DNA of 64,000 nt, taken from assembly GCA_963728205.1 (NCBI GenBank), contig CAVSIV010000002.1:256001-320000 (forward strand). The letters run 5' to 3'. The notes beneath the pieces were generated by a model, which saw only the letters and a list, made by a program, of their open reading frames with translations, was not told where the DNA came from and did not search any database. The translations under genes and the position numbers were made by a program. This stretch comes from an uncultured Chloroflexia bacterium (GTDB lineage: Bacteria; Chloroflexota; Dehalococcoidia; UBA2979). Shown here piece by piece: positions 33,937 to 43,315 of the stretch (position 1 is its first letter; each line of letters opens with the position of its first letter).

Positions 33937-35148
33937 ATGCCCGGCGCGCCGTTGCTCGTGCTCAACTGCGGATCGACGTCGGTGAAGTTCACGCTCTTCG
34001 CCGGCGATGCCGGAGACGCCGGCGACGCCGCGCCCCGCGCGCTGCTCCACGGCGCGGCGACGGGGCTGGGCGGCGGCGCGACGCCCCGCATCGCGATCGG
34101 CGACGAGGAGCCGCGCGCACTCGCCGCCGTCGGAACCGGCCATGCCGGCGCCGTGCACGCGATCCTCGACGCGCTTCGCACCGACGGCGCACTCGCGGAG
34201 GCGCCGGTCGCCGTCGGCCATCGCGTCGTCCACGGCGGCGCCGCGCTTCGCCGCACCACCCGCATCGATCCCCGCACGCGCGCGCAGCTCGACGACGCCA
34301 CGCTCCTCGCGCCGCTGCACAACGCGCCCGCGCTCGCGGCCGTCGACGCGATCGGCGAGGCACTCCCGTGGGTGCCGCAGTTCGCCGTCTTCGACACCAC
34401 GTTCCACGCCACGATGCCCCCGCGCGCGGCGCGCTATGCGATCCCCGCCGACCTCGCGGACCGACACGCGCTCTATCGCTTCGGCTTCCACGGCATCGCG
34501 CACCAGGACATGGTGGAGCGCGCCTCCGCGCTCGCCGGGCGGGCGCCGGGCGCGCTGCGCCTCGTCACGCTGCAGCTCGGCGGCGGCGCGTCGGCCGCCG
34601 CGATCGACCGCGGGCGCAGCGTCGACACCACGATGGGCCTCACCCCGCTCGAGGGGCTGATGATGGCGACGCGCTCCGGCGACGTGGATCCGTCGCTCGT
34701 GAACGTGCTCGGCCGGCGCGCCGGGATGTCGGCCGACGCGGTGGAGCACCTGCTCAACGAGCGCTCCGGCCTGCTCGGCGTCTCCGGGCGGTCGAGCGAT
34801 GCCCGCACGCTGCTCGCGGCGGAGCGCGAGGGCGACGCCGCATCCGCGCTCGCGCTCGAGATGTTCTGCTACCGCGTGCGCAAGCAGATCGGCGCGTACG
34901 CGGCCGCGCTCGGCGGCGTCGACGGGGTGGTGTTCGGCGGCGGCATCGGCGAGCACGCGCCCGAGCTGCGGGCGCGCATCCTCGCGGGGCTGGAGTGGGC
35001 GGGGATCCGCCTCGATGCCGCACGCAACGCGGCGACGACGCGCGAGGGCATGATCGGTGCCGACGGCGCGCCGGTCTTCGTCTGCGTGATCGCCGTCGAC
35101 GAGGCGCGCCTGATCGCGCGCGAGACCTTTGCCGCGCTCGCCGGCTGA
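33937..35148 (+). CDS. ackA: Acetate/propionate kinase
   Basis: LNCGSTSVK, GHRVVHGG, APLHN, FDTTFH, FGFHG, TMGLTPLEGL and GGIGE. Confidence 0.93.
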   Translation: MPGAPLLVLNCGSTSVKFTLFAGDAGDAGDAAPRALLHGAATGLGGGATPRIAIGDEEPRALAAVGTGHAGAVHAILDALRTDGALAEAPVAVGHRVVHGGAALRRTTRIDPRTRAQLDDATLLAPLHNAPALAAVDAIGEALPWVPQFAVFDTTFHATMPPRAARYAIPADLADRHALYRFGFHGIAHQDMVERASALAGRAPGALRLVTLQLGGGASAAAIDRGRSVDTTMGLTPLEGLMMATRSGDVDPSLVNVLGRRAGMSADAVEHLLNERSGLLGVSGRSSDARTLLAAEREGDAASALALEMFCYRVRKQIGAYAAALGGVDGVVFGGGIGEHAPELRARILAGLEWAGIRLDAARNAATTREGMIGADGAPVFVCVIAVDEARLIARETFAALAG

Positions 35149-35253
35149 CCCATCCGTGGCCGCGCGGGCGGGCGGTCCCGCTCCGCGCGGGACGTTGGTC
35201 GCTGCCGGCGCCCCGGCGGCGGCGGGACACTGCTTTTCAGCGAGGAGGCAGCC

Positions 35254-35583
35254 ATGCCCTTCATGCGAGTCGGATTGTTCCTCGTCTCCCCGGGTCACGA
35301 GGCGGAGGCCGGCGAGCTCGTCGACCACGTGCTCGAGCACGCGGAGCGCGCGCCCGGCTACCGGTTTGGCTTTCGCGTGCTGGGCCGCGTCGGCCATGGC
35401 GGACGGTGGCACGGCTGGATCACGTCGTGGGACGAGCTCGACGCGCTCCAGGAGGCGTCCGCCGCGACGACCGCGTGGATCGACGCGCTGCACGTGATCG
35501 CGGAGCCGCGGACGTGCCAGGAGCTGGTGCTCGAGGCGGAGGCGTTCGAGCCGGCCGTGCGCGACGCGCTGAAGGCCCGTTAG
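35254..35583 (+). CDS. Hypothetical protein, possibly ABM-like dimeric alpha/beta barrel
   Basis: GAGGAGG RBS; beta-alpha-PG-beta-beta-W-alpha pattern; a DosR-like box lies upstream at 35189-35202. Confidence 0.6.
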   Translation: MPFMRVGLFLVSPGHEAEAGELVDHVLEHAERAPGYRFGFRVLGRVGHGGRWHGWITSWDELDALQEASAATTAWIDALHVIAEPRTCQELVLEAEAFEPAVRDALKAR

Positions 35584-36917
35584 ACCGCCGCGTCGGAGCC
35601 GACGCCGCGCGGCTCGCCGCCCGGCCGGACGGCGACGGCGAGAAGGAATCCGGCGACCACGATCGCGGCGCCGACGAGCAGCGCCGAGCGCTGCATCGTG
35701 AGCGCGAGCGTGACCGACGTCGCGATGCCGAACACCGGCGCGACCGGGATGCCCGCGACCGCGCCGGCAACCCGGAACGGCCGGGGTGCGTCGGGCGCGG
35801 CGACGCGCAGCGCGATCAACGCGCCGTTCACGATCGCGAAGATCGCAAACACTCCGAAGTTCGTGACCTCCGCGACGAAATCGATGCGGCCGGCGAGCGT
35901 GAACGTCGCGGCGGCGGCGCTGACCGCGAGGATCGCGGCGACCGGCGTCGCGCGGCGCGGGTGGACGGCGCCGAGCCAGCGGGGCATCAGCCCGCTGCGC
36001 GCCATCCCGTAGAGCATGCGCGCACCGGTCGCGAGCAGCATCAGCACGGTGTTGCCGGTCGCGAACAGCGCGGCGACGCCGATGACGTCGCCCCAGCGTG
36101 CACCGGCCGCGCGCGCGACGATGTCGGCGAGCGGCGCGTCGGATCCGGCGAGGGTGCGCCAGTCGAGCACCGAGACGGCGGCCACGGCGACCAGCAGGTA
36201 GAGCGCGGTCGCCGTGGCGAGCGCGGCGAGGATGGCGCGCGGGAGCGTGCGGCCGGGGTCGCGCGTCTCCTCCGCGAAGGTCGCCATCTGCTCGAAGCCC
36301 TGGAACGCGAAGAAGACGATCGCCGCGCCGGCGAGGACGCCGCCGGCGCCCGCCGGCGCGTCGAGCAGCGAACGCGACCCGACGTACGGTGCGCCCACGA
36401 CGATCACGAAGACGAGACCGCCGGCCTCGACCAGCGTGAGCAGTCCGGCGACCGCGACCGTCCCGCGCACCCCGGCGATCGCGATGGCGGCAGCGAGCGC
36501 GACCAGCGCCAGCGCGAACGCGGCCGGCGGCCCGCCGGCGAGCCCCGACGCGTAGCCGGCGAATCCGATCGCGACGGCGGCCGCGCCGACCACGCTCACG
36601 GTCACGCTGAGCCACCCGGTGATCAGCCCCCAGCGCGGCCCGAACGCCGCCTGCGCGTAATAGGCGCTGGCACCGGCGCGCGCGTGCATTGACGCAAGCT
36701 CCGCGTATGAGAGCCCCGTCGCGCCGCAGACGACCGCGGCCACGACGAACGACGCCCACGCCGCGCTGCCGCCGTGCTGCACGGCGGCGGCGATCAGCAC
36801 GTAGATCCCGGCGCCGAGGATCAGCCCGACACCGGAGAGCGTCGTGCCCCAGAACCCCACGTCGCGTACGAGCGCGGGCGCGGGGACGCCGCCGGGCGGC
36901 GGCGGTGTCGCTCGCAT
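35580..36917 (-). CDS. APC family amino acid permease
   Basis: GLILGAGIY, SYAELAS, FFAFQGFE...EETRDP and about 12 TM segments. Confidence 0.92.
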   Translation of the reverse strand: MRATPPPPGGVPAPALVRDVGFWGTTLSGVGLILGAGIYVLIAAAVQHGGSAAWASFVVAAVVCGATGLSYAELASMHARAGASAYYAQAAFGPRWGLITGWLSVTVSVVGAAAVAIGFAGYASGLAGGPPAAFALALVALAAAIAIAGVRGTVAVAGLLTLVEAGGLVFVIVVGAPYVGSRSLLDAPAGAGGVLAGAAIVFFAFQGFEQMATFAEETRDPGRTLPRAILAALATATALYLLVAVAAVSVLDWRTLAGSDAPLADIVARAAGARWGDVIGVAALFATGNTVLMLLATGARMLYGMARSGLMPRWLGAVHPRRATPVAAILAVSAAAATFTLAGRIDFVAEVTNFGVFAIFAIVNGALIALRVAAPDAPRPFRVAGAVAGIPVAPVFGIATSVTLALTMQRSALLVGAAIVVAGFLLAVAVRPGGEPRGVGSDAAV

Positions 36918-37094
36918 GCGACCGCCCTTCACACTTTCCGATCCTCCGCCCGCGGACGCCGGGTGCCGACCGACCTTCGTCATCACGAGCGCGTGTCCAT
37001 CGCCGCTCGCGGGGCGGCTCGCGCGCGGCCATGATCGGCGCAGCGGTCTTCGGGAAGGGGGCGAGCGATTGGTGTCGCGGAGCGGGCCGAGGCG

Positions 37095-37307
37095 GTGCGC
37101 ACGATGCTGCGCGCGTTTACCGACCGGATGATGCGCGTCACGGCGATCTTCCCGGGCACGCACCGGGTCGAGCCGACGCCGGACGAGCTGGCTGCGCTCG
37201 AGCGCCACGACGACGTGCCGCTGCCGCTGTCCGAGCGGCCGGAGGAGCTCGAGGATCAGCAGCACCCGCTCGCGCCGCGCCTGGAGCACGGCCACCCGAA
37301 GCTCTAG
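37095..37307 (+). CDS. Small hypothetical protein
   Basis: GAGGCG before GTG; high GC3 codon pattern; fills a gap between genes; no recognisable domain. Confidence 0.4.
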   Translation: MRTMLRAFTDRMMRVTAIFPGTHRVEPTPDELAALERHDDVPLPLSERPEELEDQQHPLAPRLEHGHPKL

Positions 37308-37379
37308 AATCCGCGCCGGCGAGGAGAGAGGCAACGAGGCCGGCGCACCGGCCTCGTTCCGCGTCCGCCCCGCGTGGCG

Positions 37380-38300
37380 TCAGCGCGGGTCGGCGAGGTC
37401 CGGGCGCACCACGAGGAGCGGACGCCCGGGGCAGTGCCGGAGCACGTAGTCCGGCACAGAGCCGAGCAGCGAGCGCGCGATCCCGGCGCGCCCGTGCGTC
37501 GCCATCGCAATCAGGTCGGCGCCTTCCGAGTGCGCGACTGCGGTGATGGTCCGTTCCGGGATGCCGGGAAGGATGCGCGCGGTGACGCGGCTCGCACCGC
37601 TCGCCTCGAGCGCGGCCCGCGCCGCCTCCAGGCGCGCGGTCCCGCGCTCGATCCAGGCGCTCGTCTCGCGCGACCCAAAGCTCGTCGCCGATTCGACGTC
37701 CTCCGTCGCGTGCGGGTCGCCGTCGATCACCATGAGCAGTTCGATGGCCGCGACGGCCGGGTCCACGGCGAGCGCGACGTGCGGGAGTATCTGCGCGGCG
37801 ACCGCCGAGCCGTCCAGCGCGACGAGCACGCGGCGGTAGGGCGCGATGCCCGCGAGCAGCGGCGAGGCGCGGTCGAGCCAGTCGGGCCCGGCGAAGCGCT
37901 CCTCCTGCTCGACGGTCGGCCGCAGCAGCAGGATCGGCGTGCCGCGCAGCGTGCGCACGACCTCGTCGGCGACCGACCCCATGACGGCGCGCGATAGCCC
38001 CGACCGACCGTGCGTCGACATCACGACGACGTCGGCGCTCCAGGCGCGAGCGTCCGCGACAATCGTCGCGCCGGCAGCGCCGTCGAGCGTGACGAAGTCG
38101 ACGCGCGTCAGCCCGGCGCGCTCCAGCGCGCGTCGGATGGCGTCGCCATCCAGGTCGGGGTGTGCCGACGGGAGCGCGTCGTCGCGGACCTGGAGCACGC
38201 GGACGGCGCCGGCCGCGAGGCCGGCGAGCCGCAGCGCGTGCTCCAGTGCCGCGCGCGAGAGGGCCGAGCCGTCGGTCGTGAACAGGACCCGTTGAAACAC
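37380..38300 (-). CDS. Tandem two-domain universal stress protein
   Basis: Two USP units (LFTTDGS...MGSVADEV and LVALDGS...LGSVPDYV); AAGGAG RBS before GTG 38300. Confidence 0.92.
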   Translation of the reverse strand: MFQRVLFTTDGSALSRAALEHALRLAGLAAGAVRVLQVRDDALPSAHPDLDGDAIRRALERAGLTRVDFVTLDGAAGATIVADARAWSADVVVMSTHGRSGLSRAVMGSVADEVVRTLRGTPILLLRPTVEQEERFAGPDWLDRASPLLAGIAPYRRVLVALDGSAVAAQILPHVALAVDPAVAAIELLMVIDGDPHATEDVESATSFGSRETSAWIERGTARLEAARAALEASGASRVTARILPGIPERTITAVAHSEGADLIAMATHGRAGIARSLLGSVPDYVLRHCPGRPLLVVRPDLADPR

Positions 38301-38343
38301 GCACGCTCCTTGCCGTCGAGACGGGCGGGGGGCGGCGGCCGGG

Positions 38344-38457
38344 CTAGTGGCCGCGGTGCTCCTCGCGCATCCGGTCGTCCCAGCTGGAGATCCAGCCGAC
38401 ACCGACGACGATACCCATCAGCATCACGCCGAGCACGACCACCGCGATCATGTACAT
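38344..38457 (-). CDS. 37-aa single-pass membrane peptide
   Basis: MYMIAVVVLGVMLMGIVVGVGWISSWDDRMREEHRGH; GAAGGGA RBS; co-oriented between two usp genes. Confidence 0.55.
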   Translation of the reverse strand: MYMIAVVVLGVMLMGIVVGVGWISSWDDRMREEHRGH

Positions 38458-38522
38458 CGGAGATCCCTTCGTGACGATGCGGCCGGCGGCAACGCCGGCC
38501 GCGACGCGTGGGCCCGGTCTCG

Positions 38523-39098
38523 CTAGCTCCGCGCGTTCGCGACGGTGGTGACCGGCGTCGGGGGCGCCGAGCGGGGCACACGCATGCCCTGGCGCACGAT
38601 CAGCACCGGGACGGAGGCGTGGCGCAGGACGTGCTCCGCGACGCTGCCCAGCAGCGCGTGCGCGATGCCGCCGCGTCCGCGCGTGCCCATCGCGATGCCG
38701 TGAACCTGCAGCTGCTCGGCCTCGTGCAGGATGCTCGAGGCCGCGTCGCTCCCGGCGACGACGTGCGCCTGCCAGTGCAGGCGGTCGGGCAGGGCGCGGC
38801 GCACGAACGCCTCGAGCTCGCGCAGGTGCTGGGCGTGCAGGCGCTCGCCGGCCTGCGTCGCCGACTCCACCGGGTCGCGCACCACCATCTCCGACGGGAG
38901 CACGTTCCCGTCCACGGTGCCGATGTTCCGGTGCTCGATGTGGCTGATCGACGCGCCTTCCGAGATGGTCTCGTGGATCTCGCGGGGGTTGGTCACGGTC
39001 AGCACGTGGATCTCGTCGTCGACGTCCAGCAGGTGAGTCGCCGCGGCGAGCACCTCCTCGCTGACGGCGCTCCCGTCGATCGCAATGAGTACACGCAT
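38523..39098 (-). CDS. Universal stress protein
   Basis: MRVLIAIDGS...IAMGTRGRGG...LGSVAEHVLRH; GGAGGAGG RBS. Confidence 0.93.
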   Translation of the reverse strand: MRVLIAIDGSAVSEEVLAAATHLLDVDDEIHVLTVTNPREIHETISEGASISHIEHRNIGTVDGNVLPSEMVVRDPVESATQAGERLHAQHLRELEAFVRRALPDRLHWQAHVVAGSDAASSILHEAEQLQVHGIAMGTRGRGGIAHALLGSVAEHVLRHASVPVLIVRQGMRVPRSAPPTPVTTVANARS

Positions 39099-39220
39099 GG
39101 GGCACCTCCTCCAGGGGCGTCGCGACGGGGTCGCCGCGGCTCCGCGATTTCATGTGAAATCACCAAGCATGATGGGCGGCCATGGGCGGCGGGGAGAGGG
39201 GCGGTCCGCCCGACTTGGCC

Positions 39221-39268
39221 GGGACGAAGGTCACCAGCCGTGTTGCGCAATTGGCCGACGAAGGCCCC
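39221..39268. promoter_or_regulatory. DosR-box-like sites GGGACGAAGGTCAC (39221-39234) and CCGACGAAGGCCCC (39255-39268)
   Basis: Divergent usp / doxX-nirK promoter region; exact reverse-complement match to 31993-32006. Confidence 0.65.
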
Positions 39269-39425
39269 GCCGACTGGATGACGGACGGAAATGTGAGTGC
39301 GCCGGCCCGGTCACTACTGTCGGGACAGGTTCGCTCAGAGGGCGCGCGACGCCGTCACCGGCAAACCGCCCTCGTCTCGGACCCGGCGGTGCGTGAGCGG
39401 CCGAGGAAGGACGAGAGGTCTCGAG

Positions 39426-39611
39426 ATGCAGACGAACGATCTGTTGCTGGCGCTCGGGGGCATCGCGGCGTGGATCGCCGTCGCCGTGGTTGCCGTCGTC
39501 GCCGTGGAGAACTGGGACCCGATCTGGGGCTTCTTCCCGGTCGCGGCCGCCGTGGTCGTGGCCTGGTTCGTCGGTGAGCGTGTGACCGGCGGGATGGCGG
39601 TGACGCGATGA
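39426..39611 (+). CDS. Small two-TM membrane protein
   Basis: GAGAGG RBS; two hydrophobic helices; ATGA overlap with the next gene. Confidence 0.7.
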   Translation: MQTNDLLLALGGIAAWIAVAVVAVVAVENWDPIWGFFPVAAAVVVAWFVGERVTGGMAVTR

Positions 39612-40210
39612 GCATGCTGCGCACGCTTCGCACGCAACGCGAACTGCCCGACCCTGGGTTCGTCCGCTTCGCGTTCGGCAACACGTTGACCGCTCCGCTG
39701 TGGACCGCCGTGCGGCTGTACCTGGGCTGGCAGTGGCTCTCCGCCGGCTGGCACAAGGTGAGCGGCGACGGCTGGGTGAACAACGGGGGGTCGGCCCTGC
39801 AAGGATTCTGGACGCGCATCGTCGCGCCGGAAGCCACGTCCATCCACTACGGCTGGTACCACAACTTCATCCAGTACATGCTCGACCACCAGTGGTACGA
39901 ATGGTTCGCCAAGGTGGTTGCCTACGGTGAGACGGCGATCGGCCTGGCGCTGATCATCGGCCTCTTCACCGGCATCGCCGCGATCAGCGGCGCGTTCATG
40001 AACTTCAACTTCATGCTCGCCGGCTCGGCGAGCACCAACCCCGTGCTCTTCATCCTCGCCGTGCTGCTCGTGCTGGCCTGGAAGGTCGCGGGATACATCG
40101 GCATGGACCGCTGGGTCCTGCCGGCCGTGGGCACCCCGTGGGCGCCGCTTCCCGCGCTGCGGGAGGCGCCCCCTCCGGGCGGTGTCGCGGCGCCGCCGCT
40201 GCACGCGTAA
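39608..40210 (+). CDS. DoxX family membrane protein (DoxD-like)
   Basis: VRLYLGWQWLSAGWHK, GETAIGLALIIG and MNFNFMLAGSASTNP. Confidence 0.9.
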   Translation: MSMLRTLRTQRELPDPGFVRFAFGNTLTAPLWTAVRLYLGWQWLSAGWHKVSGDGWVNNGGSALQGFWTRIVAPEATSIHYGWYHNFIQYMLDHQWYEWFAKVVAYGETAIGLALIIGLFTGIAAISGAFMNFNFMLAGSASTNPVLFILAVLLVLAWKVAGYIGMDRWVLPAVGTPWAPLPALREAPPPGGVAAPPLHA

Positions 40211-40243
40211 CCCGGCGCCGGGCCGCCACGGCGCCGTCGTTCG

Positions 40244-40277
40244 GCGCCGCCCGGGGAGTTCCCCGGGCGGCGCTCTT
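40244..40277 (+). terminator. Putative intrinsic terminator after doxX
   Basis: GCGCCGCCCGGGG/CCCCGGGCGGCGC 13-bp stem followed by TCTT. Confidence 0.55.
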
Positions 40278-40513
40278 CGCTGCCGGGCCGCGCGCTCCGC
40301 CGCGCGGCGGGCGAGAGCGCCCGCCCCGTCTTCGGACATCCCGCTTCCTCGCCCTGTTGAGCACGGGCGGCCGTCGCGTAGGCCGAATGGCCGAACGCGT
40401 CAGGACGTTCGGCCGGTGTGACGCTCCCGGTCGGCCAGTAACTTCGAGAACGTTAAGTCCGAAGATTGATGTTGAGGCGAACGCTTCGCACTCGACACGG
40501 AGGGAGACCACCA

Positions 40514-41638
40514 ATGCCAGCAGCCAACACTCCAATCCCGCGCCGCTCGCTCCTGCAGAAGATGGCTGCCGTCGGGCTCGCCGTGCCGGCTGCGGGCGCC
40601 CTCGGCGTCGCCTGCGCGAGCAACGACTCGCAGGCCGCGCGCGACTCCGCGCTCCAGGCGATGTACGACCGCTCGCAGCCCGCGACGCCCGTCCCGACCG
40701 CCGCGGCCGCGCAGACCGTGGCGAACCAGGCGGTCGACCTCCAGTACCTGCCGAACCCGACCGTCCCGGCCCCGATCACCCGCAAGACGAGCGAGACCGT
40801 GAAGGTCAACCTCGAGGTGAAGGAGGTCGAGGCGAAGCTCGCCGACGGCGCCGGCTACAGGTTCTGGACCTTCGGCGGAACGATTCCCGGCCCGATGATC
40901 CGCTGCCGCGAAGGCGATGACGTCGAGCTCACGTTGAGCAACCCGACGGGCAGCCAGATGTCCCACAACATCGACCTGCACGCCGTCACGGGGCCGGGCG
41001 GCGGTGCCGTGCTGACGAGCGTCGCGCCCGGCGAGACCAAGGCGTTCCGCTTCAAGGCGCTGCACCCCGGCGTTTTCCTCTACCACTGCGCGACGGCACC
41101 GATCGACCTGCACATCTCGAACGGGATGTACGGCGCGATCCTCGTCGAGCCGGCCGAGGGCCTGCCGCCGGTCGACCGCGAGTACTACATCGGTCAGAAC
41201 GAGCTCTACACCACCGCGAAGGCCGGCACCCCGGGCATGGCGGACTTCGACCTCGACCGCATGGCGGACGAGCGGCCGACGTACGTGGTCTTCAACGGCG
41301 CGATGGGCGCGCTCCTGGGCGACCGCGCGCTGACGTCGAACGTGGGCGAGACCGTGCGCATCTTCTTCACGGTCGGCGGACCGAACCTGACGTCGCACTT
41401 CCACATCATCGGCGAGCACTTCGACCGCGCGCTGAACTGGGGCTCCTTCGGCTCCGTCGCCACCGATGTCCAGACGATCGGCGTGCCGTCGGGCGATGCG
41501 ACGATGGTGGAGTTGAAGACCGAGGTGCCGGGCACGTTTCTCCTCGTGGATCACGCGATCAGCCGCGTCTACAAGGGCGCCATCGGGCACCTGACGGTGA
41601 CGGGCCCGGACCAGCCGGACATCTATCGGCAGCTGTGA
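40514..41638 (+). CDS. nirK: Copper-containing nitrite reductase, Tat-exported and probably a lipoprotein
   Basis: PRRSLL twin-arginine motif with a GVAC lipobox-like site. Cu-ligand/catalytic motifs HNIDLH, YHCA, HISNGMYG, HFHIIG and LVDH. GGGAG RBS. Confidence 0.93.
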   Translation: MPAANTPIPRRSLLQKMAAVGLAVPAAGALGVACASNDSQAARDSALQAMYDRSQPATPVPTAAAAQTVANQAVDLQYLPNPTVPAPITRKTSETVKVNLEVKEVEAKLADGAGYRFWTFGGTIPGPMIRCREGDDVELTLSNPTGSQMSHNIDLHAVTGPGGGAVLTSVAPGETKAFRFKALHPGVFLYHCATAPIDLHISNGMYGAILVEPAEGLPPVDREYYIGQNELYTTAKAGTPGMADFDLDRMADERPTYVVFNGAMGALLGDRALTSNVGETVRIFFTVGGPNLTSHFHIIGEHFDRALNWGSFGSVATDVQTIGVPSGDATMVELKTEVPGTFLLVDHAISRVYKGAIGHLTVTGPDQPDIYRQL

Positions 41639-41710
41639 GCGCCCTGACCGGCCGGCACCTCGTGCCCCGCGCGAGGCGCCGGCCGGCGAGCGCGCCGGAA
41701 GGAGGGAGTC

Positions 41711-43198
41711 GTGAGCCGCACCCGCATCGCCGCTCTTGCCGCCCTCGCCTGCGTTGCCACAATCGCCGCCCTGGTGCTCGCCGGGTGCGGCCCCTCCGCC
41801 GGAGCGTCCACCCCCTACGCCTCCCACGCGACGGTCAACGACCCGGCGCTCGCGACGCCGCCCCTGCAGCTCATCGACGACACGGGCGCAGCGTTCGACC
41901 TCGCATCCCTGCACGGGAAGGTGGTCGCGCTCTTCTTCGGCTACACGTCATGCCCCGACGTCTGCCCCCTGACGCTGGGCGAGCTCGCCGCCGCCCGGCG
42001 CGCGCTTCCCGCGTCGGTTCGTGACGCGTTCCAGGTCGTCTTCGTCACCGTCGACCCGGAGCGCGACACCCCGGCGCGGCTGGACGCGTACCTGTCGAAG
42101 TTCGACCCCAGCTTCATCGGGTTGTCCGGCCCACCCGCCGACGTCGAGGCCGCGCTCGCGGCCTGGGGCGTGCAGCACCAGCGCGTGGACGTCCAGCCGG
42201 ACGGCTCGTACGCCATGTCGCATCCCTCGACGATCCTCGTGCTCGATCGCACCGGCCGCTGGGCGCTGACGTCGCACTCACAGACGCCGCCCGCCGACCT
42301 GGCGGCGGACGTCGACCACCTGCTCGCGCAGCCGGCGGTGGCAAGCGCGGCGGCGCAGGCCGCGGCCGCCGCGGCGGCCGCACACGTCGTCCCGAGTCCG
42401 CCCACCGCGACGCCGGGCGCCCGCACGCCGTCGCGCGCGGTCGCCGCCGGCGGTCGTCCGTCGACGCTGTTCTTCGCCTATCCCGACGGCAGCGTCGTGC
42501 GCGTCGCGCCGGGAGACGGCGGCACCGAGACGGTGCTTCCCGACTACGCGACGCAGCCGCCTCCGGATGACAGCGAGGGCGGCACGCTCCGCGCTCGCGA
42601 GGTCGCCTACGACCCGGTGACGGACCGCCTCTGGTACGCGGAGTCACACGACGCGGTGCACTCGGTCGACCTCGCCACGGGAGAGCCCGGACCGTCGCTC
42701 ACCGGCTTCGGCGACGTCGGCATCGTCGGTTGCAGCATCCTGGGGAACGCCCGCGCCATGGCAATCGACGTTGCGCGGCGGCGGCTCCTGCTGCCGCAGC
42801 TGACGGGCGCGGTGCTGATCTACGACCTCGACACGTTGAAGCTCGTCGGCGGCATCGGCCCCGGGACCTTCGGCGACATCGTGCTCGGCGGGTTCCGGCA
42901 CCTGGCGATCGACCCGTCGACCGGCCGCCTGTGGTGGGCGGCGGCGAATGGCGACTTTGTCGAATACGACCTCGACCGTGGGGCGCGCACCGGACGGGTC
43001 GTGCACACGGACGTCCGGGCGCACACGCTCGGGAACGCGTTCCGTGGCCTGCAGGTCGACCCGGCTCGTAACCTGCTGCTCTACCAGACGGGGCCGGGCC
43101 GCCTGGCCGCCGTCGACCTGTCGACGCTCGCGCCCGCGCCGCTCCAGGCGCCGGCCTCAGGGTTCGGCCACTTCGCGCTCGCCGTGGCCGCGCCCTGA
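41711..43198 (+). CDS. SCO1/SenC copper chaperone lipoprotein fused to a C-terminal beta-propeller-like domain
   Basis: LAGC lipobox; FGYTSCPDVCP, VTVDPERD and MSHP; Ala/Pro linker; repeated [AV][IYV]DP..RL[WL] blade-like motifs. Confidence 0.85.
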   Translation: MSRTRIAALAALACVATIAALVLAGCGPSAGASTPYASHATVNDPALATPPLQLIDDTGAAFDLASLHGKVVALFFGYTSCPDVCPLTLGELAAARRALPASVRDAFQVVFVTVDPERDTPARLDAYLSKFDPSFIGLSGPPADVEAALAAWGVQHQRVDVQPDGSYAMSHPSTILVLDRTGRWALTSHSQTPPADLAADVDHLLAQPAVASAAAQAAAAAAAAHVVPSPPTATPGARTPSRAVAAGGRPSTLFFAYPDGSVVRVAPGDGGTETVLPDYATQPPPDDSEGGTLRAREVAYDPVTDRLWYAESHDAVHSVDLATGEPGPSLTGFGDVGIVGCSILGNARAMAIDVARRRLLLPQLTGAVLIYDLDTLKLVGGIGPGTFGDIVLGGFRHLAIDPSTGRLWWAAANGDFVEYDLDRGARTGRVVHTDVRAHTLGNAFRGLQVDPARNLLLYQTGPGRLAAVDLSTLAPAPLQAPASGFGHFALAVAAP

Positions 43199-43315
43199 AT
43201 CTGCGCTTGCACGCCAGGTCCCGGGACCCGAAGGTCCTAGGACTTTTGGGACCTCAGACCCTCTCGACGCGGCTCCTCATCCGCGAGCATGCGATGCATG
43301 AGAGTGCAGGTGTCG

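Noticed and set aside
39300-39420. c-di-GMP-I riboswitch suggested by GGCAAACC upstream of the doxX operon
   Set aside because: The GNRA-capped stem and downstream GCAAAGC-type elements are missing; an Infernal/Rfam scan would be needed.
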